Source: Alphaproteobacteria bacterium (GTDB taxonomy: Bacteria; Pseudomonadota; Alphaproteobacteria; GCA-2731375). Taken from it: a stretch of DNA of 64,000 nucleotides. The position numbers were made by a program, and so were the translations under genes. The stretch covers positions 7,268,417 through 7,332,416 of the forward strand of contig CBDDPY010000002.1 in assembly GCA_965232515.1 (NCBI GenBank), given 5' to 3'. This document shows positions 10,245 to 19,798 of the stretch, one piece after another. The stretch's first letter is position 1. The number at the start of each line of letters is the position of its first letter. The notes under the pieces were generated by a model that worked only from the letters and a program-made list of their open reading frames with translations, did not search any database and was not told where the DNA came from.

Positions 10245-10670
10245 GTGACGTCGACAACGCGACGCCGCGGCTGGACATATGCCGCGGCCTTGATCATTGG
10301 TTTGCTTGTCGCGCCTGCTTGGCTGGCGGGCTCGGCGCAGGCCGGTGAAAGCTCCGCCTATCCGGACGTGAATCCGATGTCCGGCGACAAGGACGCCATC
10401 CACGAAGGCGGCAAGCTTTATTCGAAATGGTGCCGGCAGTGCCATGGCCGCAAGGCCGACGGCGTGTCGCAGCGGTTCGGAAAATACTCGGGCGATCTGC
10501 GCAAGTTCTGGCGCGGCTACCCCGAATTCGTCGTGATCGTGCTGAACGGCCGGCCGAAAAAGAAGATGCCGCCGTGGGGCGGCGTGCTGGACGAGGACGA
10601 GATCGCCCAGATCGCCGCTTATCTGGAAACGCTGGCGATCGAGGGTGCCAACTGGAAACGGATGAGGTGA
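10245..10670 (+). CDS. Monoheme c-type cytochrome, probable electron acceptor of the PQQ dehydrogenase
   Basis: Signal peptide, CRQCH heme motif, distal MPPW Met ligand; start chosen after GGAGAAG. Confidence 0.9.
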   Translation: MTSTTRRRGWTYAAALIIGLLVAPAWLAGSAQAGESSAYPDVNPMSGDKDAIHEGGKLYSKWCRQCHGRKADGVSQRFGKYSGDLRKFWRGYPEFVVIVLNGRPKKKMPPWGGVLDEDEIAQIAAYLETLAIEGANWKRMR

Positions 10671-10675
10671 CGGCA

Positions 10676-11068
10676 ATGCGAACGATAATCATGGCGCTCA
10701 TCGCGTTCCTGGCGGCCGGCGTCGCCAACGCGGCCGAACCCTATACGCTGGCGGAGGGGACCTGGGTCTGCCAGTCCGAAGAAGCCTATGACGACGCCAT
10801 CGCCGAGGTGAAGCAGCGCCAGGGCAAGAACCTGGGCGAGTTGCAGCGGCGATTGAAAGAGCAGGGCTACTGCACCTACATGGACGACGACGCGCTGGAG
10901 GACCTGATGGCGCCGTTCGTGCAGGTGCTGGAGGAGAACGGCGACAAGGTCAAGGTCACCTTCATCGTCGAGTACTACAAGCGCATCGCCATGCTGCACC
11001 GCAAGTTCGCGCGCATCCAGTACACGGGCTGGACCGAGAAAACCAATCTGCGGGACTATTATCGGTAA
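10676..11068 (+). CDS. Exported hypothetical protein (130 aa, two Cys)
   Basis: MRTIIMALIAFLAAGVANA signal peptide, GAGG RBS, high-GC3 codon usage. Confidence 0.75.
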   Translation: MRTIIMALIAFLAAGVANAAEPYTLAEGTWVCQSEEAYDDAIAEVKQRQGKNLGELQRRLKEQGYCTYMDDDALEDLMAPFVQVLEENGDKVKVTFIVEYYKRIAMLHRKFARIQYTGWTEKTNLRDYYR

Positions 11069-11098
11069 CGTTCCCATCCGCGTACCGGAGCAGCGCCG

Positions 11099-12913
11099 AT
11101 GACTTCAATTCGACGAACCCGATGGCTCACTGTTGCAGTCGGGTTGGCGTTGGCCATCGGCATGCGAGCGCAGGCGGCGACCGATGCCTGGATCGGCGAT
11201 CTGACGCCGATCTCCGCCGGCGACTGGAGCGACGACGCGGCGGCGCACCTCCTGGAGCGCGCCGGCTTCGGCGGCACGCCGAAAGAGATCCAGGCATTCG
11301 CCCGGCTGACGCCCGTCCAGGCGGTCGATCGTCTGGTGAACTTCGCCGCCGTCGAGAACGACCATCTGCCGCCGTTCGAACATTCCGGCGTGCACGATCC
11401 CGGTCTCGAGCCGTTCCCACCCAGCCGGCCGGCGACGACGCGGCTTGCGCGCGAGACCGGCGAGGCGCTGGGCGTGAAAGTGAAGCCGTCGGGCAACCGC
11501 CGCCTGCAGCCCGTCGTCAACCGCTTCTTCTATTGGCTGCGCGCCAGCCACCTCGAGACCAACCGGGTCGCCTATTGGTGGGCGAACCGCATGCTGGCGA
11601 CGCACCGGCCGCTGCAGGAGAAGATGGCGCTGTTCTGGCACGGCCATTTCGCCGTCAGCGAAACCAAGGTGCGCGACTATCGCAAGATGCTGCGGCAGCT
11701 CGAGCTGTTCCATCGTCTCGGCGCCGGCAACTTCCGCGATCTGATGATCGGCGTCGCTCAGGACCCGGGAATGCTGTCGTTCCTCGACGCCGGCGTGAAC
11801 ATCAAGGGCTCGCCGAACGAGAACTTCGCCCGCGAGATCATGGAGCTGTTCACCATGGGCGTCGGCAACTACGCCGAAGCCGACATCCGCGAGGCGGCGC
11901 GCGCCTTCACCGGCTGGAATTATGCCGATCTCGATTTCATCGTGAACGACGACCAGCACGATCGCGGCGACAAGGTCTTCCTGGGCGAGACCGGCGACTT
12001 CGACGGCGTCGAGATCATCGACATCATCCTGCGCCAGCCGGTGACGGCCGATTATCTCGCCGGCAAGATCTATCGATACTTCGTGCGCGAAGACCTGTCG
12101 CCGGAACTGCAAGCCAAGCTCGGCGACGTGCTGCGGGACAACGGCTACGAGATCGCGCCGCTGCTGCGCACGATATTCCTGTCGCGCGATTTCCACAGCC
12201 CGGCCTCGGTGGCGAGCCACATCAAGAGCCCGGTCGAGCTGTTGATCTCCACCTACCGCAAGCTGGAGCTCGACGTGGTGCCGGGCGTGCCGGACTTCAA
12301 CGAGGCCACGGCGGCGCTCGGTCAGCATCTGTTGCGGCCGCCGACCGTCGCTGGTTGGGCCCAGGGCCGAAGCTGGATCACGCCGGGGTTGCTGCTGGCG
12401 CGCGGCAATACGGCCTACGCCATCCTGTTTCCCGACATCAACTTCGTGCCGCACGACCGCTATCCGCGCGACCCGCTGATCCGGGCGGTGTCCGACAAGA
12501 TCGCCCGCGGTTACGACATCAGCACCGCCACCAAGCCGGACACCGGCGGCGAGATGGCGATGTCGAACGTGATGGCGGACCGGGACGAAGACTTCAATAC
12601 GCGCTATGGCAGCTACAAGGGCTGGCAGATGGCGGTACAGAAAGTGATCCCGATCGCGCGGCACACCGCTGATGTCGATCTGCGTGGCATGGTGCTGACG
12701 GCCGAGTTGCAAACGACGACAGAGGTGGTCAATGCGTTCCTGCGGCGCTTCCTGCGGGCGCCGGTCGAGCCGGCGGCGCGCGATGCCATGATCGCGTTCC
12801 TGGATGACGAGCTCGGCACGTCCGATATCGTCGCGGCGGAGAGCTATCTGGAAGAACCGCTGCGCAAGCTGCTGCACCTGATCATGAGCACGCCCGAGTA
12901 CCAGTTGGGCTAG
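11099..12913 (+). CDS. DUF1800 family protein
   Basis: AAHLLERAGFG, LQEKMALFWHGHF, PNENFAREIMELFTMG, REAARAFTGW, KSPVE, STPEYQL. Confidence 0.9.
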   Translation: MTSIRRTRWLTVAVGLALAIGMRAQAATDAWIGDLTPISAGDWSDDAAAHLLERAGFGGTPKEIQAFARLTPVQAVDRLVNFAAVENDHLPPFEHSGVHDPGLEPFPPSRPATTRLARETGEALGVKVKPSGNRRLQPVVNRFFYWLRASHLETNRVAYWWANRMLATHRPLQEKMALFWHGHFAVSETKVRDYRKMLRQLELFHRLGAGNFRDLMIGVAQDPGMLSFLDAGVNIKGSPNENFAREIMELFTMGVGNYAEADIREAARAFTGWNYADLDFIVNDDQHDRGDKVFLGETGDFDGVEIIDIILRQPVTADYLAGKIYRYFVREDLSPELQAKLGDVLRDNGYEIAPLLRTIFLSRDFHSPASVASHIKSPVELLISTYRKLELDVVPGVPDFNEATAALGQHLLRPPTVAGWAQGRSWITPGLLLARGNTAYAILFPDINFVPHDRYPRDPLIRAVSDKIARGYDISTATKPDTGGEMAMSNVMADRDEDFNTRYGSYKGWQMAVQKVIPIARHTADVDLRGMVLTAELQTTTEVVNAFLRRFLRAPVEPAARDAMIAFLDDELGTSDIVAAESYLEEPLRKLLHLIMSTPEYQLG

Positions 12914-12939
12914 GGTGAGAAGAGAGGCGGAGAACAGGC

Positions 12940-14145
12940 ATGACCGACAACAGGTTCGGGCGCCGACAGATCCTGAAAGCTGGTGGGGCGGGCGCCCTCG
13001 TGGCGCTGTGTCCGCCGGCAATCGCGCAAGCTCTGGCCGCCGTCGCGCATCCCAATCGCATCCTTGTCGTGCTGGAGCTATCGGGCGGCAACGACGGCCT
13101 GAACACGCTGGTGCCGTACGGCGACGACGTCTACTACCGGCACCGGCCGACGATCGGCATCAAGGCGCAGCATCTGAGAAAGATCGACGATCATTTCGGC
13201 TTCAGCGAGGGCATGGCCGGCTTCGAGCGGCTCTATAGGGACGGCCGGATGGCGGTCGTGCACGGCTGCGGCTACGCCGGTCCGTCGTTCTCGCACTTTA
13301 CATCGATGGCCTATTGGCACACGGCGGCGCCCAACAGCGGCGCGGCGCACGGCTGGATCGGGCGGCTCGCCGATGCCATGCAACCCGACGCGGCGCCGAA
13401 CTTCATCGTCAACGTCGACGCGGTCGAGTCGCTGGCGGTGCGCAGCCGGCTGCATACGCCCGTCGTGTTCGACGAGCCGGACGCCTTTGCCCGCGACGGT
13501 TTTTTCGCCGAGCGCGATGTCTTCAACCGGCTGGTCGGCGACGCCAAGACCGGCAATGCCGGCCAACGCTATCTCCGCGCCGTTGCGCAAAGCGCGCGCG
13601 ATGCCTCGCTCTTGGTGCGTGAGGCCTGGGCAGATTACCGTTCGCCGGTCGACTACGGTCTGGTGCCGGTCGACCTGCCGAAGATCGCCGCGCTGATCGC
13701 GGCCGACCTGCCGACGCGGCTCTACTACACCTCGTTCCGCAACAACGCCTTCGACACGCATGTGCATCAGCCGAACCTGCACGCGCGACTGCTGACCTAT
13801 GCATCCGATGCCGTTGCCGGCTTCATGCAGGACATGGAACGCATCGGCCGGGCCGACGATGTGGTCATGCTGGTGTTTTCCGAGTTCGGGCGGCGGGTGC
13901 CGGAGAACACCAATCTCGGCACCGATCACGGCACGGCCAACCTGATGTTCGTCGTCGGCAAGCCGGTGAAGGGCGGCCATTACGGCACGCCGTCCAGCCT
14001 GACCGAGCTCGACGACGGCGACAACCTGATCTTCACGACCGACTTCCGGCGGGTCTACGCCAGCGTGATCGAAGGCTGGCTCGGCTATCCCGACGCCGCC
14101 GATATCCTGAACGGCCGCTTCGACACGCTGCCCATGTTCGCGTGA
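12940..14145 (+). CDS. DUF1501 family protein with Tat signal
   Basis: GRRQILK leader, LSGGNDGLNT.VP, SHF, FDTH, FSEFGRR..EN...GTDHG, DFRRVYA. Confidence 0.9.
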   Translation: MTDNRFGRRQILKAGGAGALVALCPPAIAQALAAVAHPNRILVVLELSGGNDGLNTLVPYGDDVYYRHRPTIGIKAQHLRKIDDHFGFSEGMAGFERLYRDGRMAVVHGCGYAGPSFSHFTSMAYWHTAAPNSGAAHGWIGRLADAMQPDAAPNFIVNVDAVESLAVRSRLHTPVVFDEPDAFARDGFFAERDVFNRLVGDAKTGNAGQRYLRAVAQSARDASLLVREAWADYRSPVDYGLVPVDLPKIAALIAADLPTRLYYTSFRNNAFDTHVHQPNLHARLLTYASDAVAGFMQDMERIGRADDVVMLVFSEFGRRVPENTNLGTDHGTANLMFVVGKPVKGGHYGTPSSLTELDDGDNLIFTTDFRRVYASVIEGWLGYPDAADILNGRFDTLPMFA

Positions 14146-14555
14146 TGCGGCGGGCGTTCGCCGGCCTGGTAGGGTTGACGCTGGCGGGACTGCCGTCCGC
14201 GTTTGCCGGCGATAAGACCATTCAGGGCGTGATCTCCGTCCGGCAGGATCTGGCGAGGCATCTCGGGCCGGACCATCGCCTCGCCATCAAAATCTACCAT
14301 CCCGGCGACGGCATCGAGCTCGACACCAAGTACCAGATCCTGCCGACCTTCAAGCTACCGCTCGAATTTCGGATCGGGCCCGCCATCGACATGAGCGGCC
14401 GGACCAAATGGTCGGCTTATGTGGTCGAGGTGTTCACGGACACCGACGGCGACCTGCTGTCGGTCGGTCCGGGTGAATTGCTGGCGAGAACGGCGGAACC
14501 GGTACCCCTGGGCACGGTCGACCTCGGGATCGAACTGAATACCTTGCGCGACTGA
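14142..14555 (+). CDS. Exported hypothetical protein, Ig-like (resembles the CcmI/CycH C-terminal or YbaY domain)
   Basis: Signal peptide, IQGVISV, LPLEFRIG, DTDGD...GPGEL; start overlaps the DUF1501 stop. Confidence 0.65.
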   Translation: MMRRAFAGLVGLTLAGLPSAFAGDKTIQGVISVRQDLARHLGPDHRLAIKIYHPGDGIELDTKYQILPTFKLPLEFRIGPAIDMSGRTKWSAYVVEVFTDTDGDLLSVGPGELLARTAEPVPLGTVDLGIELNTLRD

Positions 14556-14561
14556 CGGGCG

Positions 14562-15878
14562 TCAGACGCCGGATGTCGGGCGGCTGTAGGTGCAGGCGGC
14601 GCCGAAATCCGGACCGTCGACATCGATGAAGCCGTAAGCAACGGCCTCGGGATCGCGGGCCGGCTGGGCCCGGCGCAGAAGAGCCGCTTTCAACTGCGGC
14701 GCCCACCAGTTGGGATGTTTCGCCAGCAGGCAGGCGGCCAGCGCCGTGATCCGCGCCGTCGCGTAGCTCGACCCCGAAGCCCGGTCGATCCGGCCGAAGA
14801 AATCGATAACCGGAATGTTCTCGCCCGGCGTCATCACGTCGACGATGCCGGCGCCCCAGTTGGCGGCGCTGGCCAGCGCGCCATCGGCGGTGGCCGAGGT
14901 GACCGTCACCATGTTGTCGAGCGGCAACGCGGCCGGATAGACCGGATTGCGGCGGATATCGCGGCCGTCGTTGCCGGCGGCGACGATGAACAGCATCTCC
15001 GGGTGCTGCCGGGCGATGCGATAGAACGGCAACCATTCCTCGCGGTCGTCGCTGACCAGCGAAAGGTTGACCAGGCGCACGCCGTTCGTCGCGGCGTCCT
15101 GGATCAGCGCCCCCATGCGACGCATGTCGGGACGGGGATAGCGGTAAGGCAACAGCCGCACGACCGGCGCTTCGGCCAGCAGCACGCTCGCCGTCTTGGT
15201 GCCGTGCCGGGCCGGGAAGAAGGCCGAACGCACGGGGTGCGCGTCGAACGGCCGTTCGTCCAGGTCCCAGTAATCGTAACCCAGCACCCGGTTGTCGGCG
15301 CCGCGCGCCAGGCGGCGGCGGATCTGCGGCAGCAGATAGTTGATCCCGGTATCGACCAGCGCGACGGGCACGCCGCCCGGATCGCGGCCTACAGGCACCG
15401 GCGGGTTCAGCGCCTCGCGCGCGCCCGTCGGCTCCAGTCCATTGTCGAGGTCCTCGATCCAGCCGGGGTTTCCGTCGTCGTCGTAGTGCAGCCGCCGGGC
15501 GGTTTCGATGTGGCAGTCCGCATCCGTCATGGCGAGCAGGGTCGGCCGGTCGCCGTCGGCGCTGTTGTATTGCGCGCTGACCCGGCGAAGCTGACCGTTT
15601 GCCGCCAGCCGTTCGACCGTCAGGGTGCCGCCGGGAACCTGGAAGCGACGCCGCCAGCCCATCATGCTCATGCGGACCTGCCGGCCCATGGGCCGGGCGT
15701 TCGGCAGGCGCCGCGACATGGCCTGCAATTGCGCGTGCGTGCGGACGTTGCAGGCCAGGCTGACGGCGGCGCGCAGCAGCGACGCCGCTTCGATATTGGC
15801 CTGCGCGGGATGGCTGGTGATCGTCATGGCGACGACCAGACCGGCGGCGAATGGCAGGATGTTCGATTTAAGCTTCAA
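14562..15878 (-). CDS. S8 (subtilisin-like) serine peptidase, exported; start uncertain
   Basis: Catalytic motifs VALVDTG, HGT and SGSSYAT, plus oxyanion AAGNDG. Confidence 0.85.
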   Translation of the reverse strand: MKLKSNILPFAAGLVVAMTITSHPAQANIEAASLLRAAVSLACNVRTHAQLQAMSRRLPNARPMGRQVRMSMMGWRRRFQVPGGTLTVERLAANGQLRRVSAQYNSADGDRPTLLAMTDADCHIETARRLHYDDDGNPGWIEDLDNGLEPTGAREALNPPVPVGRDPGGVPVALVDTGINYLLPQIRRRLARGADNRVLGYDYWDLDERPFDAHPVRSAFFPARHGTKTASVLLAEAPVVRLLPYRYPRPDMRRMGALIQDAATNGVRLVNLSLVSDDREEWLPFYRIARQHPEMLFIVAAGNDGRDIRRNPVYPAALPLDNMVTVTSATADGALASAANWGAGIVDVMTPGENIPVIDFFGRIDRASGSSYATARITALAACLLAKHPNWWAPQLKAALLRRAQPARDPEAVAYGFIDVDGPDFGAACTYSRPTSGV

Positions 15879-15948
15879 AATGCGACACGTTTCCGCGCGG
15901 TGCGCATGATCTGCTGGCGACAATGCCGCCGATCATTGCCGCCGATGG

Positions 15949-16782
15949 TTACCAAATCCTTTCCACCCGCGCATCCCGCATCCGGGCGTTCCGCCATTGC
16001 TGACGCTGGTTCCGGGCCGCCCGCGCCCGCTGACGCAGGATTTCGACCATGCGTTCGGCGTCTTCCGGGCTGATTTCCTGCGGCGTGGCGGCCTGTTGCG
16101 TCTGGACGTTGTTCTCGGTCTTGATGCTGTTGTTCGGCGCCTGCGAGGCTTCGCGGCCGGATGTGTCCTGCTGCTCGTCCTGTTCCGCGCCCGATTCGGC
16201 CGGGCGGTTGTACTGCGCTTCCTGATTGAAAGCCTGACCGATATTGGACGATGTCTTCTGATTGCGGGCGCGCGGGTTGGCCTGTGGCTGGACCTGCTGT
16301 CGCTCGATCTCGCGCAAGAGGCGCAGCGACATCTCGAGATTGTAGCGGGTGTCGGCGCGCTCGGGATCGAGCGCCAGGCTGCCGCGGTAGTAGGCCATTG
16401 CCGCGCGCGCCGGCGTCAATGCGTCCTGCAGCGTGTTCAACGCTTCCAGCGCTTGCTGATACTTCGCATTGCCGAGGTTGTAGCGCAACCGCGCCTCCAG
16501 CTCGGGCCCGGCCGTTTGCAGCGCCTTTTCATAGTGTGTCAGCGCCTCGGCATAGAGTTGACGCTGGTAATAGGCATCGCCCAGATCGAAATGGATGGTG
16601 GCGTCATCCGGCTGCAATCGCAGCGCCGCTGCGTATTTCTCGGTCGCGGTCGCATAGTCGCCGGCCGCATAAAACGCGTTGCCCGCCGCGACCAGGTCAT
16701 CGGCGGTCTCGTTGTTGGCGGCCAGAGCCGGGTTTGCCGCCAGCATCAGCAGCAATGAGAATGCATGGAGCCGAGATGTCAT
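15949..16782 (-). CDS. TPR protein with Gln-rich tail (BatC/MxaK-like)
   Basis: Signal peptide, GNAFY, YNLGNAKY, RYNLE TPR motifs, Q-rich linker, C-terminal W. Confidence 0.8.
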   Translation of the reverse strand: MTSRLHAFSLLLMLAANPALAANNETADDLVAAGNAFYAAGDYATATEKYAAALRLQPDDATIHFDLGDAYYQRQLYAEALTHYEKALQTAGPELEARLRYNLGNAKYQQALEALNTLQDALTPARAAMAYYRGSLALDPERADTRYNLEMSLRLLREIERQQVQPQANPRARNQKTSSNIGQAFNQEAQYNRPAESGAEQDEQQDTSGREASQAPNNSIKTENNVQTQQAATPQEISPEDAERMVEILRQRARAARNQRQQWRNARMRDARVERIW

Positions 16783-17801
16783 GGCTGGGCCTCTCGTCGG
16801 CCGCCGGCAGGCAGCAGCATGTCGGCGGCCAGCAGCAGGAGCGCGGCCAGCACGAACCATTGATAGCGGGCGATCGGCTGCTCGGAGCTGGCGGCGTCGA
16901 TGCGCCGGCGCGGCTTCTGGGCGATCTGCGTTCGGTAAAGCTTGGCGAGCGATCCCGTCTCGCCGCCGGCGGCCACATAGGCGCCGTCCGTCAGCTGCGT
17001 CAGATTGCGCAACATGTCTTCCTGCAGGCGCGATGTGACGACCGCATCCTGGTGCTGCAGCAAGCGCCTTTCGCCATCGTCGTCCGAGATCGGAATCGTG
17101 GCGCCGTCGACCGGATCTCCGATACCGACCGCGTAGATGCTGACGCCGCCGGCGGCCGCGGCCTTGGCCGCTTCCGTCGGCAGGGTGTCGTGGTCCTCGC
17201 CGTCGGTGACCAGGATGACGTCGGTGAAACCTTCGGCCGGCGCGCCGAAGCCGTGCAGGCTTTGCCGTAGCGCGGCGCCGATGGCCGTGCCCTGAAGCGT
17301 CACGGTGCCGGTGCCGACCAGGTCGAGCCGTTCGCGGAAGAAGTCGTAGTCGAGCGTCAGCGGGCAATGCAGGCTGGCGCGGCCGGCAAAGGCGATCAGG
17401 CCGAGCCGGTGGCCGCCGTCTTCTGAGACGGCCATGACCAGCTCATCGACCAGCGCTTTCGCGCGTTCGAGGCGGTTCGGCGCGGCATCCTCGGCCAGCA
17501 TGCTCAGTGAGACATCGAACACGACCAGCAGATCGCGTCCCTCCCGCGGCACGTCCTCGACGCCGCGCCCCCACTGCGGCTGCGTCAACGCGATGACGAG
17601 GAAGGCGACTGCCGCCAGCAGACAAGCCGCCTTCAACCATTGCCGCCGCCGATTCAGATCGACGACCAGACGCGCGGCCAGCGGCCTGCCGACGAGCGTT
17701 GCCAGCGCCGCGTGTTTGCGGCGAAAACCGTAGGCGTAGAGCGCCAGCAGCGCCGGCACGACGGCCAGCAGATAGATGAAATGAAAGGCCTCGAACTGCA
17801 T
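16779..17801 (-). CDS. batB: VWA domain membrane protein, BatB-like
   Basis: ALTQPQWG, MIDAS DVSLSM, PNRLERAK, CPLTLD, GTAIG, VTDGED. Confidence 0.8.
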   Translation of the reverse strand: MQFEAFHFIYLLAVVPALLALYAYGFRRKHAALATLVGRPLAARLVVDLNRRRQWLKAACLLAAVAFLVIALTQPQWGRGVEDVPREGRDLLVVFDVSLSMLAEDAAPNRLERAKALVDELVMAVSEDGGHRLGLIAFAGRASLHCPLTLDYDFFRERLDLVGTGTVTLQGTAIGAALRQSLHGFGAPAEGFTDVILVTDGEDHDTLPTEAAKAAAAGGVSIYAVGIGDPVDGATIPISDDDGERRLLQHQDAVVTSRLQEDMLRNLTQLTDGAYVAAGGETGSLAKLYRTQIAQKPRRRIDAASSEQPIARYQWFVLAALLLLAADMLLPAGGRREAQP

Positions 17802-17811
17802 GCCGTCGTAC

Positions 17812-18834
17812 CTATGGGACCGTTCTGAGACGCGTGTTGACCAGCGCGATCTCGAACAGCAGCAGGCCGAAGGCCGCCAGGACGAACACGGGAAAGCCCT
17901 CGACGTAACGCTGATAGTGATCGGCGACGTTGCGGGCCTTTTCCAGGCGGTCGATCTCGGCGTAGATCGCCCGCAGGGCGGCGCCGTCGGTGGCGCGGAA
18001 ATAGCGGCCGCCGGTCAGCTCGGCGATCTGCGTCAGCGTATGCTCGTCGATATAGACCTGGGTCTGGCGCAACTCGGTGCCGCCGCCGCGGGCGCGCACC
18101 GGCATCAGCGCGGTGCCGCGACTGCCGGCGCCAATGGTGTAGAGCTTGATGCCGAGCGCCTGGGCAATCTGGGCGGCCTGCAATGGCGCGGTGTCGCCGG
18201 CGTTGTTGCTGCCGTCGGTCAGCAGGATCAAAACCCGGCTCGACCCCGCGGCCCGGCGCAGCCGCTCGACGCCCATGACGATGGCGTCGCCGATCGCGGT
18301 GCCGTCCTCTTCCGGCAGCGGCACGATCGTGACCCGGTCGACCTGCGACAGCAGCGCCGTGTGATCGAGCGTGAGCGGGCTGAGCCCGTCGGCAAACCTA
18401 GCAAACGTCAGCAGCCCGATCAGGTCGCCGCCGCGGCCGGTCAGCGCATCGGCGTCGCCCTCGACGAAGTCGACGAAGGTCCGCTTCACCACTTCGAGCC
18501 GGTCGGTCTGGCGATTGTCCATGGTCAGGTCCAGCGCGCCCATGCTGCTGGAGATATCGACCGCCATGACGATGGCGATGCCCTCGGCGTGGACCTCGGT
18601 GGTTTCGAGTCCCCATTGCGGCCGCGCCAGCGCGATGACGCAGAGCGACAGCGCCAGCGCCCTGAACCAGGGCAGGCCGGCATGCAGCAGCGCCGTCGGC
18701 GTGCGCGCCAATTGCCGGAGGTCGCCCGTCGCCGAATAGCCGAGCGCCGCCGGCCGACGCCGGCGCGCGTGCAGATACAGCAGCACCGGCACCAGCAGGA
18801 GCAACAGCAGCGCCCAGGGCTCGGCCAGTCTCAT
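17812..18834 (-). CDS. batA: VWA domain membrane protein, BatA-like
   Basis: ALARPQ, DISSSM, DLIGLLTF, PLTLDH, GTAIGDA, LLTDGSNNAG, TGGRYFRA, IDRLE. Confidence 0.85.
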   Translation of the reverse strand: MRLAEPWALLLLLLVPVLLYLHARRRRPAALGYSATGDLRQLARTPTALLHAGLPWFRALALSLCVIALARPQWGLETTEVHAEGIAIVMAVDISSSMGALDLTMDNRQTDRLEVVKRTFVDFVEGDADALTGRGGDLIGLLTFARFADGLSPLTLDHTALLSQVDRVTIVPLPEEDGTAIGDAIVMGVERLRRAAGSSRVLILLTDGSNNAGDTAPLQAAQIAQALGIKLYTIGAGSRGTALMPVRARGGGTELRQTQVYIDEHTLTQIAELTGGRYFRATDGAALRAIYAEIDRLEKARNVADHYQRYVEGFPVFVLAAFGLLLFEIALVNTRLRTVP

Positions 18835-19790
18835 GGCGTTTCCGGTTGCATTGATGGCTGGACGGTCACGTTCCGATCCGCCGTCGCTTCGACGAACGCC
18901 ATCACCTCGCCGAGTGCGTGTCGCATATCCGGGCCTTGGGGCCGGTGCCGGCCGAACTTCACCCGATCGAAGTCCCGCAGCAGGATGCCGATCCGCTCGG
19001 ACCGTTGCGCCAGCGTCTCGCCGGCATGGCTCATGGCGGCGAGAGTCTCGTCGGTTGTCCGCCTTGGCGCCTCGAGGCCGAAACGCCAGAGCACGTAGCG
19101 CCGGAGGATATCCGACAAGCGCACATAGAAGCGGTCGACCTGCGCCTGGTCGTTCGGATCCAGCGCGCGCAGCGCCGCGAGCGCCAGCTCGTGCGCCGGC
19201 TGCGCCTGCTGCCGCGGCGTCCACCGTCGGCGCCAGAACCACAGGCCGGTCAGCGCCAACAGCAAAGCGGCGCCGGCCAGCCACCAGACCGGCGACAGCC
19301 GCATCGGTGTCGTCAGGGCGACGGGCGGCGCGACGTCACGCAGCGCGGTGATGGCGGCATCGGCCGGCACGAGCGTGATCACGTTCACTGGCACGGCCGT
19401 CGTCCGCAGCTCGCGCTGCCGCAGGCCGGCATCGCCTACCGTCTGCTGCACAACGGCGGTCAGCGGCGGGATCACCACTTCGCCCGCCTGTCGCGGCGCC
19501 AGCACATAGGCCTGCCGCCAAAGCTGCCGGCCGTCGTCCGTGGCGATGGGGGACGGCCGGTTCTCCGTGACGACCGAGAAGTGTTCCAGTTCGGCCGCGA
19601 CATCTGGAAACGCGACCAGCGCCGCCGCCGGGGCCATGACGGTCAGCGTCATGCGCAGACGCTCGGCGACGCCCAGCTCCTGCCGGTCGACGGACACGGT
19701 CAATTCGGCGTCCTGCGCCCAAACGACGGCCGGCCATATGAGCAGTAGAATGAGCCACAGCATCGACAAGGTTCCGCGACGACCGGTCAT
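18831..19790 (-). CDS. BatD-like / DUF4381-type membrane-anchored protein
   Basis: Signal peptide, Ig-like N-terminus, TM helix, FY..LSDILRRY, TTDE, DRVKF; position between DUF58 and VWA genes. Confidence 0.7.
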   Translation of the reverse strand: MTGRRGTLSMLWLILLLIWPAVVWAQDAELTVSVDRQELGVAERLRMTLTVMAPAAALVAFPDVAAELEHFSVVTENRPSPIATDDGRQLWRQAYVLAPRQAGEVVIPPLTAVVQQTVGDAGLRQRELRTTAVPVNVITLVPADAAITALRDVAPPVALTTPMRLSPVWWLAGAALLLALTGLWFWRRRWTPRQQAQPAHELALAALRALDPNDQAQVDRFYVRLSDILRRYVLWRFGLEAPRRTTDETLAAMSHAGETLAQRSERIGILLRDFDRVKFGRHRPQGPDMRHALGEVMAFVEATADRNVTVQPSMQPETP

Positions 19791-19798
19791 GACGGCGC

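Noticed and set aside
8342-13021. 651-aa and 638-aa minus-strand ORFs
   Set aside because: Antisense to the PQQ dehydrogenase and DUF1800 genes; no independent evidence
14562-15878. S8 protease as the missing PqqA-processing enzyme
   Set aside because: It appears exported, whereas PqqA processing is cytoplasmic and uses M16-type (PqqF/G) or other peptidases
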